The position numbers and the translations under genes are program-made. A stretch of 63,401 bases of DNA, the filler included, from Octopus bimaculoides (taxonomy: Eukaryota): NCBI RefSeq assembly GCF_001194135.2. It is 7 parts of 6 records of this genome, joined end to end, with 100 filler letters (N's around TTAATTAATTAA, not from the genome) between each part and the next. Parts side by side here need not be neighbours in the genome. Positions count along the whole stretch, not along the records: positions 25,994 to 41,474 come from NC_069002.1; 6 more parts are not named here. One strand, 5' to 3'. The notes under the pieces were generated by a model, which made no database searches, was not told the DNA's origin, and worked only from the letters and a program-made list of their open reading frames with translations. Shown here piece after piece: positions 27,569 through 41,474 of the stretch. How positions within the stretch are numbered: position 1 is the stretch's first letter; each line of letters starts with the position of its first letter.

Positions 27569-28486
27569 NNNNNNNNNNNNNNNNNNNNNNNNNNNNNNNN
27601 NNNNNNNNNNNNNNNNNNNNNNNNNNNNNNNNNNNNNNNNNNNNNNNNNNNNNNNNNNNNNNNNNNNNNNNNNNNNNNNNNNNNNNNNNNNNNNNNNNNN
27701 NNNNNNNNNNNNNNNNNNNNNNNNNNNNNNNNNNNNNNNNNNNNNNNNNNNNNNNNNNNNNNNNNNNNNNNNNNNNNNNNNNNNNNNNNNNNNNNNNNNN
27801 NNNNNNNNNNNNNNNNNNNNNNNNNNNNNNNNNNNNNNNNNNNNNNNNNNNNNNNNNNNNNNNNNNNNNNNNNNNNNNNNNNNNNNNNNNNNNNNNNNNN
27901 NNNNNNNNNNNNNNNNNNNNNNNNNNNNNNNNNNNNNNNNNNNNNNNNNNNNNNNNNNNNNNNNNNNNNNNNNNNNNNNNNNNNNNNNNNNNNNNNNNNN
28001 NNNNNNNNNNNNNNNNNNNNNNNNNNNNNNNNNNNNNNNNNNNNNNNNNNNNNNNNNNNNNNNNNNNNNNNNNNNNNNNNNNNNNNNNNNNNNNNNNNNN
28101 NNNNNNNNNNNNNNNNNNNNNNNNNNNNNNNNNNNNNNNNNNNNNNNNNNNNNNNNNNNNNNNNNNNNNNNNNNNNNNNNNNNNNNNNNNNNNNNNNNNN
28201 NNNNNNNNNNNNNNNNNNNNNNNNNNNNNNNNNNNNNNNNNNNNNNNNNNNNNNNNNNNNNNNNNNNNNNNNNNNNNNNNNNNNNNNNNNNNNNNNNNNN
28301 NNNNNNNNNNNNNNNNNNNNNNNNNNNNNNNNNNNNNNNNNNNNNNNNNNNNNNNNNNNNNNNNNNNNNNNNNNNNNNNNNNNNNNNNNNNNNNNNNNNN
28401 NNNNNNNNNNNNNNNNNNNNNNNNNNNNNNNNNNNNNNNNNNNNNNNNNNNNNNNNNNNNNNNNNATATATATATATATATACATA

Positions 28487-28703
28487 CAGGGTGGCCCAAA
28501 TGTAGGTTTACAGTTATTCAACTCTTTCGCATTCATATATTAACTGTTTAGATCGTAATTATATATTAAAAAAAAATATATGAAACCCTTATTCTATGCT
28601 AATTTAGTTAATTGTAAGACAGAAATTTAAATGTAATACAATGTTTTAAAAGATATTTAAAGTGCCTACGTGATAACTGTAAACCTACTTTTGGGCCACT
28701 CCG
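28487..28703. mobile_element. 217-bp Tc1/mariner-type MITE
   Basis: 31-bp TIRs CAGGGTGGCCCAAATGTAGGTTTACAGTTAT and C(G)G(A)GTGGCCCAAA(A)GTAGGTTTACAGTTAT, flanked by TA on both sides. Confidence 0.85.
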
Positions 28704-29599
28704 TATTTCGAAATTTTATCAACATAATCATAACCTTCGCCATCGAAAACCTACTTCTGCGAAATTTCATTAAAAAATGTGTTTTTCAGGAAATTCTGCA
28801 CCTTTTATGCTAAATAGCTCCGTATCTTTCTTTCTATACGAGGAAAAGCGTGACTGGGGAAACGAACGAACGAACGAACCAACCAACCAACCAGTCAACC
28901 AGTCAACCAGTCAACCAACATTTATATCGGCTATTATTTTAAAAAGATATAAAAGGTTTTAAGAATGTACATCGGGGGATTTAATTCGCTTTGAATTAAT
29001 GGAGATTGACTGATGTTTGTTAGATTAAAGAAATTTACTTTTACGAAATTAAAATTACCAACACCGTCACTCTCCCAGTTGCACACACTTACACAAAGAC
29101 ACACGCTTACACATGCACATATACACACACACAATCATGCACTCTCTTTCACACACATACACATACACACACGCATAGACACGCATTTACTCATATAAAT
29201 ACTGATAAAATAAATACCAGGCTTATAAAGAAAATAGTAGTGAGGCCAATTACTTCGACTGAAAAATTCCTCAAGGCGGTGCCCCAGCATGGCCGCAGTC
29301 AACTGACTGAAACAAGTAAAAGATAAAAGATGAAAAGATATATATGTATGTGTGTGTGTCTTTGTGTCTCCGCCGAGGTCGACTTTTCCTTTTGTCGACC
29401 CCGAAAGGACGACTTTGCCTTTCCTCGAGGTCGACTTACCCTTTCATCCTTTCGGAGTCGATAAATTAAGTACCTGTTGCGTACTGGGGTCGATCTGATC
29501 GACTGGCTCCCTCCCCAAAAATTTCGGGCCTTGTGCTTAGAATATTTGTGGGCTCATAGCTAAGCACTTGGAACGTTCCAATGCTGAACTACACGTTGC

Positions 29600-29869
29600 T
29601 TTATTTAACCCCTTGTAACACCAAAGATGAACTGAAGGATTATGGCAGCATTCACCAACTTAAACAAGGAGACCGTCCAGAAGAGTTGCAGGAGATTCCG
29701 AAGTTGTCTGGAGGTTGTGGTTGAAGCCAATGGCGATTTCATTGAATAAATTTACTCTTTAGTATTTCAAGATATTTTTACGTAACGTTGGTAAATATAT
29801 CCGTTAAAATGAGATGTCAGTGTTATTTTCATTTTTGCGTAATTTAGACGACAATTTATTCACCGCACC

Positions 29870-29872
<3 letters not shown>
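29600..29872 (+). mobile_element. 3' remnant of a mariner/maT transposon
   Basis: PCNTKDELK..MAAFTNLNKETVQKSCRRFRSCLEVVVEANGDFIE*, ending in TIR-like CACCGCACCCTG. Confidence 0.7.
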
Positions 29873-29921
<49 letters not shown>

Positions 29922-30091
29922 ATATATATATGTGTATATATATATATGTATGTATATATATATGTANNNNNNNNNNNNNNNNNNNNNNNNNNNNNNNNNN
30001 NNNNNNNNNNNNNNNNNNNNNNNNNNNNNNNNNNNNNNNNNNNNNNNNNNNNNNNNNNNNNNNNNNNNNNNNNNNNNNNNNNNNNNNNNNN

Positions 30092-30126
<35 letters not shown>

Positions 30127-30849
30127 GTGTATATATACAAACATACCTACCAACTTACAAGTATATGTGCATCCATGTACACACACACACACATATATAT
30201 ATATATATGTGTATGTGTGTATATGTATATGCATTTATACGTGCGCACATATGCATACTATATATATGTATGCCTCACTTTGTCTATCTGTGATTTTCTA
30301 GTTTACGTCTCTCTTTTCTCCTTCTCTCCTTCTCTCTACCTCTATGTCTCCTTTCCTCTCTACCTCTGTGTATTTATACATATAGTGTAGTAGGTATATG
30401 TGAACGCGTCTAATTGCTATATAAAGAGTGGAGATTAACGTAAGCAATAACATGTTCCTAAGGCTACATACGGTGTCTCATGTGCTTCACATCGTATATA
30501 TCTACCATGTTTGATATACTTATGATCAAAGCGAAAGTTCTACACAAACTGATATCAAAAAGTTCTGAACAGAACTATTCGGTGTACTGCGAACTAAAAC
30601 GGCTAAGAGCAAAAATAAAGAATTAAAAAAACACACACACACATATACTTAGTTTTCTCTTTTTCTTTCTCTGTCTATCAGTTTGCCTTTCTGCCTGTCT
30701 ATCTCTCTCTATATATAAATATGTACATGTATGTATGTATGTATCTATGTATGTATGTATGTATTTATCTATATACATATATATATACGTATATGTATAT
30801 ATATATGTGCATATACATATATATATATATATATACATATATATGCGGT

Positions 30850-30882
<33 letters not shown>

Positions 30883-31900
30883 NNNNNNNNNNNNNNNNNN
30901 NNNNNNNNNNNNNNNNNNNNNNNNNNNNNNNNNNNNNNNNNNNNNNNNNNNNNNNNNNNNNNNNNNNNNNNNNNNNNNNNNNNNNNNNNNNNNNNNNNNN
31001 NNNNNNNNNNNNNNNNNNNNNNNNNNNNNNNNNNNNNNNNNNNNNNNNNNNNNNNNNNNNNNNNNNNNNNNNNNNNNNNNNNNNNNNNNNNNNNNNNNNN
31101 NNNNNNNNNNNNNNNNNNNNNNNNNNNNNNNNNNNNNNNNNNNNNNNNNNNNNNNNNNNNNNNNNNNNNNNNNNNNNNNNNNNNNNNNNNNNNNNNNNNN
31201 NNNNNNNNNNNNNNNNNNNNNNNNNNNNNNNNNNNNNNNNNNNNNNNNNNNNNNNNNNNNNNNNNNNNNNNNNNNNNNNNNNNNNNNNNNNNNNNNNNNN
31301 NNNNNNNNNNNNNNNNNNNNNNNNNNNNNNNNNNNNNNNNNNNNNNNNNNNNNNNNNNNNNNNNNNNNNNNNNNNNNNNNNNNNNNNNNNNNNNNNNNNN
31401 NNNNNNNNNNNNNNNNNNNNNNNNNNNNNNNNNNNNNNNNNNNNNNNNNNNNNNNNNNNNNNNNNNNNNNNNNNNNNNNNNNNNNNNNNNNNNNNNNNNN
31501 NNNNNNNNNNNNNNNNNNNNNNNNNNNNNNNNNNNNNNNNNNNNNNNNNNNNNNNNNNNNNNNNNNNNNNNNNNNNNNNNNNNNNNNNNNNNNNNNNNNN
31601 NNNNNNNNNNNNNNNNNNNNNNNNNNNNNNNNNNNNNNNNNNNNNNNNNNNNNNNNNNNNNNNNNNNNNNNNNNNNNNNNNNNNNNNNNNNNNNNNNNNN
31701 NNNNNNNNNNNNNNNNNNNNNNNNNNNNNNNNNNNNNNNNNNNNNNNNNNNNNNNNNNNNNNNNNNNNNNNNNNNNNNNNNNNNNNAACAGCAGCAACAT
31801 TAACAAGAGCAGCAGCAATTACCACCACTACCACCACTACCACCACCACCACCACCACCACCACCACCACCACAGCACCACCACCAAACCATCACCGCCG

Positions 31901-31960
<60 letters not shown>

Positions 31961-33284
31961 GTTATAAACGAAACAAAGTAACCGTTGATATTTACTCTTA
32001 TAGGAATGAAATAAAAATGAAGAAAAACAAGCAAAAAATTTAAGGAAGAAACATTAAAAACAAGAAACAAAGAAGAAAACAAACGAAAAGATTTTACTGT
32101 CCTTAATGAAATCAATAACAAAATCGAAAAAAAAAAAGACAAAAAGAAGAAATTAAAGACGCAAATGAGAAACATAAGATAAAATAAAATAAAGAAAAGG
32201 GAGACAAACACCACGGAAATACAACACAACAACAACAAGAACAATAACAACAACAACAACAACAAGGAAAGCTTAAATCAATAAATGGCTGGAATGCGAG
32301 ATTCTTAGAAAATTACAAAAGAGTCCATAATACGAAAAGTGAAAAGCGACAAGAAATCTTTGAACAAGACAAATAATTCGACACCAACACTAAAAGATTT
32401 GATCAAGAATTAATTGAAAGAATAAAAATAAATTCAAAGCCAAATCGATGTAGCATTAAAAGAAAGAAGAGAAAGACAAACAGAGAGGAACTTTTATCAA
32501 GAATGTGTGAAACAATAAACACACCTGCTGCTGGTGAAGTTGTTGCTGGAGATGGTATCAATTCTAGAAGTAGCCAACACGTTGCATAACACTGCATAAC
32601 ATGATGCTCGTCCTTAGGTAGCAATTGTTATTTCCTGTTTGCTTACCTTTAGATAGTATGCAAAATGGCTAATATTTCCTTCAAACTTTGCTTTTAATTA
32701 CTTTTATTCAAACTCTAAAGAATCCCTCTCAACACATGGCTATGATGCTCCCCCACTACTCCTGCTCGTGATCAGAGATGCACATATTGTCAGCCACTAA
32801 GGGACATGCTCAAGAGGTTACGGTCAAGGCAAATGACAAGCAAATCTGTGTGTATTGAGCAGAATATTTGCTATAACGATATTTCTGCTTCAGCAACTCA
32901 ATTTGTCTTTGGCCATATTAGAGCTCAGAAGAAAAAGAACGGAAATAAACAACTACAAGACGGTTCGTTTATCAGAGTGGTTTTTTTAAAAACAATTCCA
33001 CCAAAGTACACTCGTTATGACGCCATACCATCTACTAAGTTTACATTTCTTTGAACTAGAACGTTCTAAAGATTTTTCAAGATTGGCAGAAGTTTTAAAG
33101 TTCCTCATTAATGATGCCCTGTCATAGGAAATATTTGGAAGTTGGTAAAGTAGAAGATAAAAGAATTCAACGTAAGAGATACAAGAAAACTTGTTTCTGT
33201 CATCAATTTTCCTACTGAAAAAATGCAGCGGATAGAATAGTGGCGGTAAGGTGAATGACTTATTGCATGCATTGTATAATGCAT

Positions 33285-33326
<42 letters not shown>

Positions 33327-33548
33327 GGCGGAGCCCCTGCATGTCACAACGTTAGAGCTGAAACGTATAAAAGAATAAAAGAATATATATAACTATATCT
33401 ATATCTCTCTCTNNNNNNNNNNNNNNNNNNNNNNNNNNNNNNNNNNNNNNNNNNNNNNNNNNNNNNNNNNNNNNNNNNNNNNNNNNNNNNNNNNNNNNNN
33501 NNNNNNNNNNNNNNNNNNNNNNNNNNNNNNNNNNNNNNNNNNNNNNNN

Positions 33549-33585
<37 letters not shown>

Positions 33586-34296
33586 TCTCTCTCTTTCTCT
33601 CTCGCACACGTACATTTAACATATATCAAATATATATCTATGTGCGTTGTATATGTACATGCATATACATATATACACACGCACGCATAAGAATAAATAT
33701 ATGTGAATGTATATATGAATATACGTATACGTATGTATATATTTTCAAATGTATGTATAGGTATTCGCATATATATATATATATATATGAATGTGTGCGT
33801 GAGTGTGTATGTGTGTGTATGTATATACATATCAAATATATAGTATATATACTTGTAGGTGTATGCATAGTATCTAAAATTGGTCATTCCAAGTGTAGAG
33901 TTTGTATACTCTCAAACATCCACTCACACAAACACATATGTATGTAGAGTCTTCGCCGACTAAATTCGCTCATATGGCATTAGTCACCTCGGGGCGATAG
34001 CAGAAGACACTTGCCCGAGGTGCCGTGCAGTGGAACTGAACCCGCAATTAGGTGGCTGCAAAGCGAGCCTAATAACTACGCAGCAACACCCTACGTGTGT
34101 GTGTGTGTGTGTGTATGCGTGTATGTGAGATGGGTGTGTGTGAGTGTGTGTATGTGTGTAAGTATGCGTGTGTGCGTGCGAGCGAATCACTCTTTTTCTA
34201 TTTCTCGCTATATGTGTGTTTGTATTTGTGTAGGAGAGACAAAGAGATAATGTCAACTAAATACAGACAGGCGTTGAAAGAAAGAGAGAGAGACAG

Positions 34297-34334
<38 letters not shown>

Positions 34335-35674
34335 GAGAGAAGAGGAGAGAGAGAAAGACCAGCCAAATAAAGAAACGCCCAGAAGCAACAGGAAACAGCC
34401 ACTGCTTATTATTTCTCAACTAAAACGTTTGATTCTTCAGATGTTTGAATGGCGATACAGGATCGCCGAAGCCTGCAGGCATATCACACGCTCTGAAGAA
34501 TCACAAATATTGTGAATGATTAAATATAAATTACGTTAAATTTAGCTTCTGATGTATGAATTATTTTGGCATAGAACTAGCAAACATCAATAGAAAAATA
34601 TTTAATAACTATCTACATCTAATACCTCATGTATATGTAATTGTCTTTACAATGTACATTATTTATTAAAAAGTACCTTTTGAGATCGTTAGTTTACTCT
34701 AGAAAAGTATTTAAAATTGATAATTCATTTTCTAGAGATTATATCAAGTTAACTGAAAGTAAATTTAAGAGACTATTTAATTGACAACGACACTCTTTTA
34801 GAAATCGGAAAGATCTTTGTAAACAAGTACATTACAGTATATAGGTTCTTTGAAAGCTATATAGTACTACGGAATACACTACAAAAAGCTGTACATTTTA
34901 AACACACACACACACACACTCTGAGAAAATGAACTTTATAATAGTTTCGTATATATAGACTCAGGCGTGACTTTGCGGTACGAAGCATGCTTCCTAATCA
35001 CATGTTTCCAGGTTCAGTCCCACTGCGTGGCACCCTGGGTAAGTGTCTTCTACTACAGCCTCAGGCTGACCGAAGGCCTGTGAGTGGATTTGGCAGACGG
35101 AAACTGAAAGATATTCCAACTGATGTTCAAATAATTCTGTAGGAATTCTTGTGTGGCGAAAGCACAGTGTTACAAACCGGACTGTAAGCATTATTCCATT
35201 TGTGCAGGGATTAATCTTGCTACTGTTCGATTCCTTAAAATTATGCATTGATATTTTAATGGACGACATCGTTTTGCTTTTTCAAAGATGCTGTATGGCT
35301 CTTCCAGTTTGATCCTTGTTTTTGCTCTGTTATGTATTTTTTTTAACGATTGCTGAGGGATAAAATCATAGCTAACCCCGGCGAAATTTGAACTTAGAAC
35401 GCATAGAACCGGAATAAATACTGCAAGGCATTCTTTCATCCGATACTCTAACGGTTCTGTCAATTTGTCGTATTCGCACATTATGTAATACATAAACAGA
35501 AAGATGTGACATTAACTACAAGAAAGCCTTTGATCATAGGCATGCCAAATGAGATCCGACCAAGGGTTAAACGTCAGTAACTACAACAATACGTAGGCCG
35601 CCTTCCAGCAGATACACATACTTAAATGTTAATAGAAACACACATATTCACAGACAGACACGCGCTATCACGCA

Positions 35675-35724
<50 letters not shown>

Positions 35725-35898
35725 TACTTTCAGACAGACCCAATGCTTCACATATACATAGTAAAGCGCATCCACACATACACACACATATATACACACA
35801 GACACGCGTACACGCACACACTTGTGCATACACATATGCACAAACATAACACATAAACACATTCACAGGCAGACCCAAGCCAAAGCACATACATGCTC

Positions 35899-35946
<48 letters not shown>

Positions 35947-37875
35947 GCGAATCCACAGATAAACGCACTGAATCTCACATAGTGACACAAAAATACACGC
36001 ACATGCACATATATACACGCACATGCACATATATACACGCACATATGCACATCAACATACATAAACACCGACAAACTTGCTTCATCTCCACACATAAAAA
36101 CAAAAGCAGTCACACACACACACACATGCATACATAGTATCTCGAATACTGATATGCATGCACATACACACACATATAAACAAATACACAGACAAGCCCA
36201 CTGCATATATAAACACAAACACGGTCAAATGCATCCACACACACACACATATTCACAGACGCATACACATTGAGACATGTACTGACACATGTACGCACGC
36301 ATGCGCAGACAGTCGTTCATTAAGTAACCCTGTTATGATAATGTCTTGAAGGTCTTCCTATAATTATCAAATTTCATAAAAAAACAATAGCAAAAATGTG
36401 TAAATCACGTGGCACTTGTTTTATTTTATATTTCTATGAAATAATTGGCGGTATTAGATTTATTTCTAGACGAATAATATTTCAGGCATTTTTATTTCAA
36501 CAATGCATCACCAATTGGAATCGCCTCCACCTTCCTTTTAAAGATTTAACAGACAAATACAAGAAAAATAAAACAAACAACAATCAAAAAGGAAAACCAA
36601 TAAAGAAACTAAAAAAAAAAAAACACCCGAAAAACCCTACCAACAGAGGAAATTTACGTTAATCATTTTGTCTCAAAATGGCCGCTATCAATGATTCTTC
36701 CGAAGCATATTAAAAAAAAAGTGGTTTTAATTTAAGCAGTTTTAATATGTATTTAGTAATAGATCCTTCCCAGAATTAATTTAATAACTTTATTTATGTG
36801 TTTGTTATTGTGTTTTGTTTTTCGTTTCTAGCATTAAAAACAAACGAACAAGCAAAAATATAATTCGCATCATTCCCGCTTCGCCTAGTTTATGTCACAA
36901 CAGAAAGTATTATTAGTTCGTGTTTTCGGTTGAAAATATTNNNNNNNNNNNNNNNNNNNNNNNNNNNNNNNNNNNNNNNNNNNNNNNNNNNNNNNNNNNN
37001 NNNNNNNNNNNNNNNNNNNNNNNNNNNNNNNNNNNNNNNNNNNNNNNNNNNNNNNNNNNNNNNNNNNNNNNNNNNNNNNNNNNNNNNNNNNNNNNNNNNN
37101 NNNNNNNNNNNNNNNNNNNNNNNNNNNNNNNNNNNNNNNNNNNNNNNNNNNNNNNNNNNNNNNNNNNNNNNNNNNNNNNNNNNNNNNNNNNNNNNNNNNN
37201 NNNNNNNNNNNNNNNNNNNNNNNNNNNNNNNNNNNNNNNNNNNNNNNNNNNNNNNNNNNNNNNNNNNNNNNNNNNNNNNNNNNNATAACCCCCCCCACCC
37301 CGAAGCTCAAAGAAATGCTAATAAAGAAACCCTACTCTGACCACAATTCTTACACCAAACATGAATGTTAAAAAAAAAAGGAAAGAAGAAAAAAAGAACG
37401 GTTTTGAAAAATCAAATGACAAACAAATAGAAACAAACAAACAAAACACCCCAGTTGTGAAAAGATTAAAAGCAAAATCGGTTTTATCCTGCATTCTAGA
37501 TTAATGGAACTAAAATCAAATTCATAGGATTTTAGTTTCAGAGTGTCGTTTAACAATAAATTCTAATAATAATAATAATAATAATAATAATGATGATGAT
37601 GATGATAATGATGGTGATAATGATAATAATAACAACAAATAATAACTCATGGTCGGAATTATTTCCTTTAAAATTAATCCGGGGGACTTATGACAGATTT
37701 CTGCCACGTTTTATGATCCTATCGCAAAATCACGCGATGATCTATTATTTTAATGCCAAACCTGTGTATTTCGTGAAGACAGATGCTTTTGGATTTCATG
37801 CACATTGAAATAGCTAGAATTTCGGAGTTTGTAAAGCATGTTATTGAGGATAATATGTTAATCTATATTTCTGAA

Positions 37876-38130
37876 TAAAATATTTGACTGGACACGAAAA
37901 TAATTGACATAGAAGAAAAATAATTGACATGGAAAGAAATTAATTAACTAGACAAAGTAATAATTGACATACGAGAAAAATAATTGACTTGACTGACTAA
38001 TAATTGACACGGGAGAAAAATAATTGGCTAGATAGACTACTAATTGACATGGGAACAAAATAACTGACTTGATTGACTAAAAATTGACATGGAAGAAAAA
38101 TAATTGACATGGGAGGAAAATAATTGAATA
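37876..38130. repeat. 20-bp minisatellite (13 phased units, TAATTGAC core) with a 40-bp higher-order period
   Basis: TAATTG-like core every 20 bp from 37881 to 38121; three more units at about 38276-38330. Confidence 0.9.
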
Positions 38131-38518
38131 AAATGAGATGCAGTGGAATCACATCCTTGACAGGTTCGCAGTTGGTGCAACTAAAATTTTGGCACCAAAT
38201 AATTACTGGTTAAATGATGTTAACAGTCTTCGTGTTCTTTCAAATGACTAATATAAACTTTCTACGCTACATTCATAAAAATAGTTGACATGGAAGAAAA
38301 ATAATTGACATAGTAGAAAATAACTTGACAGAACATAATCTTTTTTATTTGTTTCAGTCATTTGACTGCAGCCATGCTGGAGCACCGCCCTGAACGGTTT
38401 TAGTCGATCTGATCAACCCTATTACTTACTATTTTTTAAAACGTTTGCTTCCTCTTCAAATGATAACTAAAAAAGTCGATGAGATGCTTGGACAAATATA
38501 AAACCGTCCGTCTTTAGT

Positions 38519-38720
38519 ACAGAGTGGTGGTGCTGCTGAAAAGTGCGTGGCTTTGGGTAAAAGAAAATACAGGAGGATCAGTTAATTATGATTTTATTCA
38601 ACATATTCCCCTCTCAGATTCACACACTTATTGCAGCAGTCCTTCAGTTTTTCTAAGCCCTGTAAAAGAACTCGAAAGGTTGGCCCTCCAAACAGGTTTT
38701 TGCCTGAAACCTTTTAGCAT
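38519..38720 (-). mobile_element. 3' remnant of a mariner element
   Basis: Minus strand QGLEKLKDCCNKCVNLRGEYVE* resembles a mariner transposase C-terminus. Confidence 0.65.
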
Positions 38721-39957
38721 CACCTCGTACTTTCAATAATGTTCATCGTATAATATCTTTCCCCATAACCAGCAGAGTCTGCTATCATTCTCGGAGAAAG
38801 GACTGAGTGCAAAAGAAGGCCAAAAGGTCAGGCTGAGGACGAGAAATACCATAGATATAAAAGGAATTATAAAAGATACTGAAGATGAAAGTGGTAGATA
38901 ATTGTAGAGCCTCACTCCTTAAAAATCAAAGACATCAAACAAAATCAATAAAAATAAATTTGAAAAATTTACTAAAATACCCGGTTAAATCTAAAAGAAA
39001 AATAACAGCAAAAAAGCTTAACAAAATTGTAAAAATTCTAAAAGAGATGTTGATAACAGATATTTGTTATAGTCAGACTGTTTGTTTAATTCTTTAAATG
39101 TAACAAAATATATTTCATATATTTTGTAAATAAAAATAATTAGATAAATGAAAGAAGGTAAATAAAGAATAAAACGAATAAAAACAAACAAAAAATATTT
39201 ATAATAAACAAATCAAAATATAAACAAGAAAATCAAAATAACAAATACGAAAATATTGAAAAAATAAAAGCAACAAAAAATCGATTATAAAAACAGATAA
39301 AAAAACAAAGAATTGATTGATTTTGTTATCGTTTAGCACTGTGTTAGCGTTGATCGAATTGACCTGTGTTATACTGACGTCACAACCGTGACCATCCTGT
39401 CTTTTTTCTTATCCCCTTTAGTGAAAGCCTGTCTACGACTTCATTATTCGATTGGAATTGTCTTGTTCATACACACACTTCTCTTTCATTCACGCTCTCT
39501 TTTCTGTTTCCCTCTGTATATGTGTGTGTGTATCACTGTCTCTGTCTGTCTGTCTGCCTGTCTCTCTCTATACAGTGAGAGAGGGACGGAGAGAGAGCCT
39601 TTAATATACCTGGAAGTATATTCTAGTTGTATAATGAAACATGGCGTCCACTCAAGTAATTAATGTGTACGTACAAACTTGCCAGGAATGAGTTTAATAT
39701 GTAAAATTGGTCTATCCTATAGTGTTACGCCGTTCTATTTGGTGGCTATTTAAGCAATGAATCCGGGATGGTTGATGGGTTGGATATGGAACTGAAGAAG
39801 GAGCAAGAACTCATGAAATATGTATATACACCATTACCTATTTTTTTCCATCTTCGATCGCTTTGTTTACATTAGACGTATTTGGATATCAAACGTCGTA
39901 ACAAATCCGTACTGACTACAAATTCTATAGAAAATCTGTTGAGGTAACCTTAAAAAG

Positions 39958-40012
<55 letters not shown>

Positions 40013-40554
40013 CAAACACATATATATATATATACATATACACATTATATATATATGTAAATATATATATATATAAATAGATATGTATATAACTATATAT
40101 ATATAGTTGTCAACACTCCTGTCACAGCATGGGACCTTGAAGACTGCTAAAATGCAAGAAAATTCTAACTGGGTCCCACCTGGGACGTCATGCGCTGTTT
40201 ATCTTGATATGAGATCACTGTATCGCGCTCATGATTGTGATGCATGTGCCTGGTGTACCCTTATCAAACGGGTAGTCATGATGGGTATACTGGGCTTCGT
40301 ATATTTGTACCCCAGTGTCACTTTGATGGCATGCACTGCGCTCTTACTCAATGATAATAATAACTTATCTCCCAGGGACAATAAAGATTATCAGGAGGGT
40401 TTTGAGAATTTGAAAGACAATTGAAAGCTTATAGATACCTAAGGGTACAGGTAGTTAAACCGGTATTCACATACATTTTACCAGGAATAAGAACGAATCT
40501 GAGACAAATCAATAATAATAATAATGATAACAACAACAGCAGTAACAACAACGA

Positions 40555-40609
<55 letters not shown>

Positions 40610-41437
40610 AGTATTAACAATAACAATGATGCTAATAACGGAGACAAGAACAGAACGTTTTAAATTGGGTTCCTAAAAGAAGCCTAATTATAATTTTTAT
40701 TTATTTATTCACTTAAAATAGACAAAATTATTGTTTGAAGCTGGGTGGAAATAGGGTCATAGGTGCTTGACGAAGTTTCGTTTCGTCTTTCGTTTGACTG
40801 TTTTGTTTTATGTTTAAAACATTTTTAATTAACTGAAACGAAATATAAAGTTGGAAAAGAAAATAATTTAGGTAAAACGTAAATAATAACAACGACAACA
40901 ACAACAAGGAAGAAAGAAAGAAAAAGACGAGAGAATTAAAGTAAAACAACTATAAAATAAAGAAAAACAAAACATAAAAGATGAGTAACGAAACGAAATT
41001 GAATAGGAACGAAGCGAAAGACATGGATGTATGTATGTTTATCTGTAAGTAAGTGTATATGTATGTACATGTATGTGTGTATGTAGGTGTGTATATGTGC
41101 GTGTATTAGTGCATGTATGTTCGTATGTATGTGCGTACGTGTGTATTTATGCGTATATGTATCTACGAGTATGTATGTGCGAGTAGCGCTGTCTGTCTCC
41201 GTATGTATGTAACATGTTTGTGTATGTATGAAAATGTATATGTCTGAATGTATGTTCGTGTGGAAGTATGTGTTTGTATATTGTGCATGTATATATGCAT
41301 CTGTGTGTTTGTGTGTACGTATGCATATGTGCGTACTTGTGCCTCTATCTATGCGCGCGTGTGTGATTGTGCGTGTTTGTGAGTGTTGATAACAACATTT
41401 ATGTAATAGTTTATATGCGTGTCTATATACACATGTA

Positions 41438-41474
<37 letters not shown>

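Noticed and set aside
37876-38130. Periodic array as a CRISPR-like locus
   Set aside because: The intervening segments are related to each other, the context is eukaryotic and there are no cas-like ORFs.
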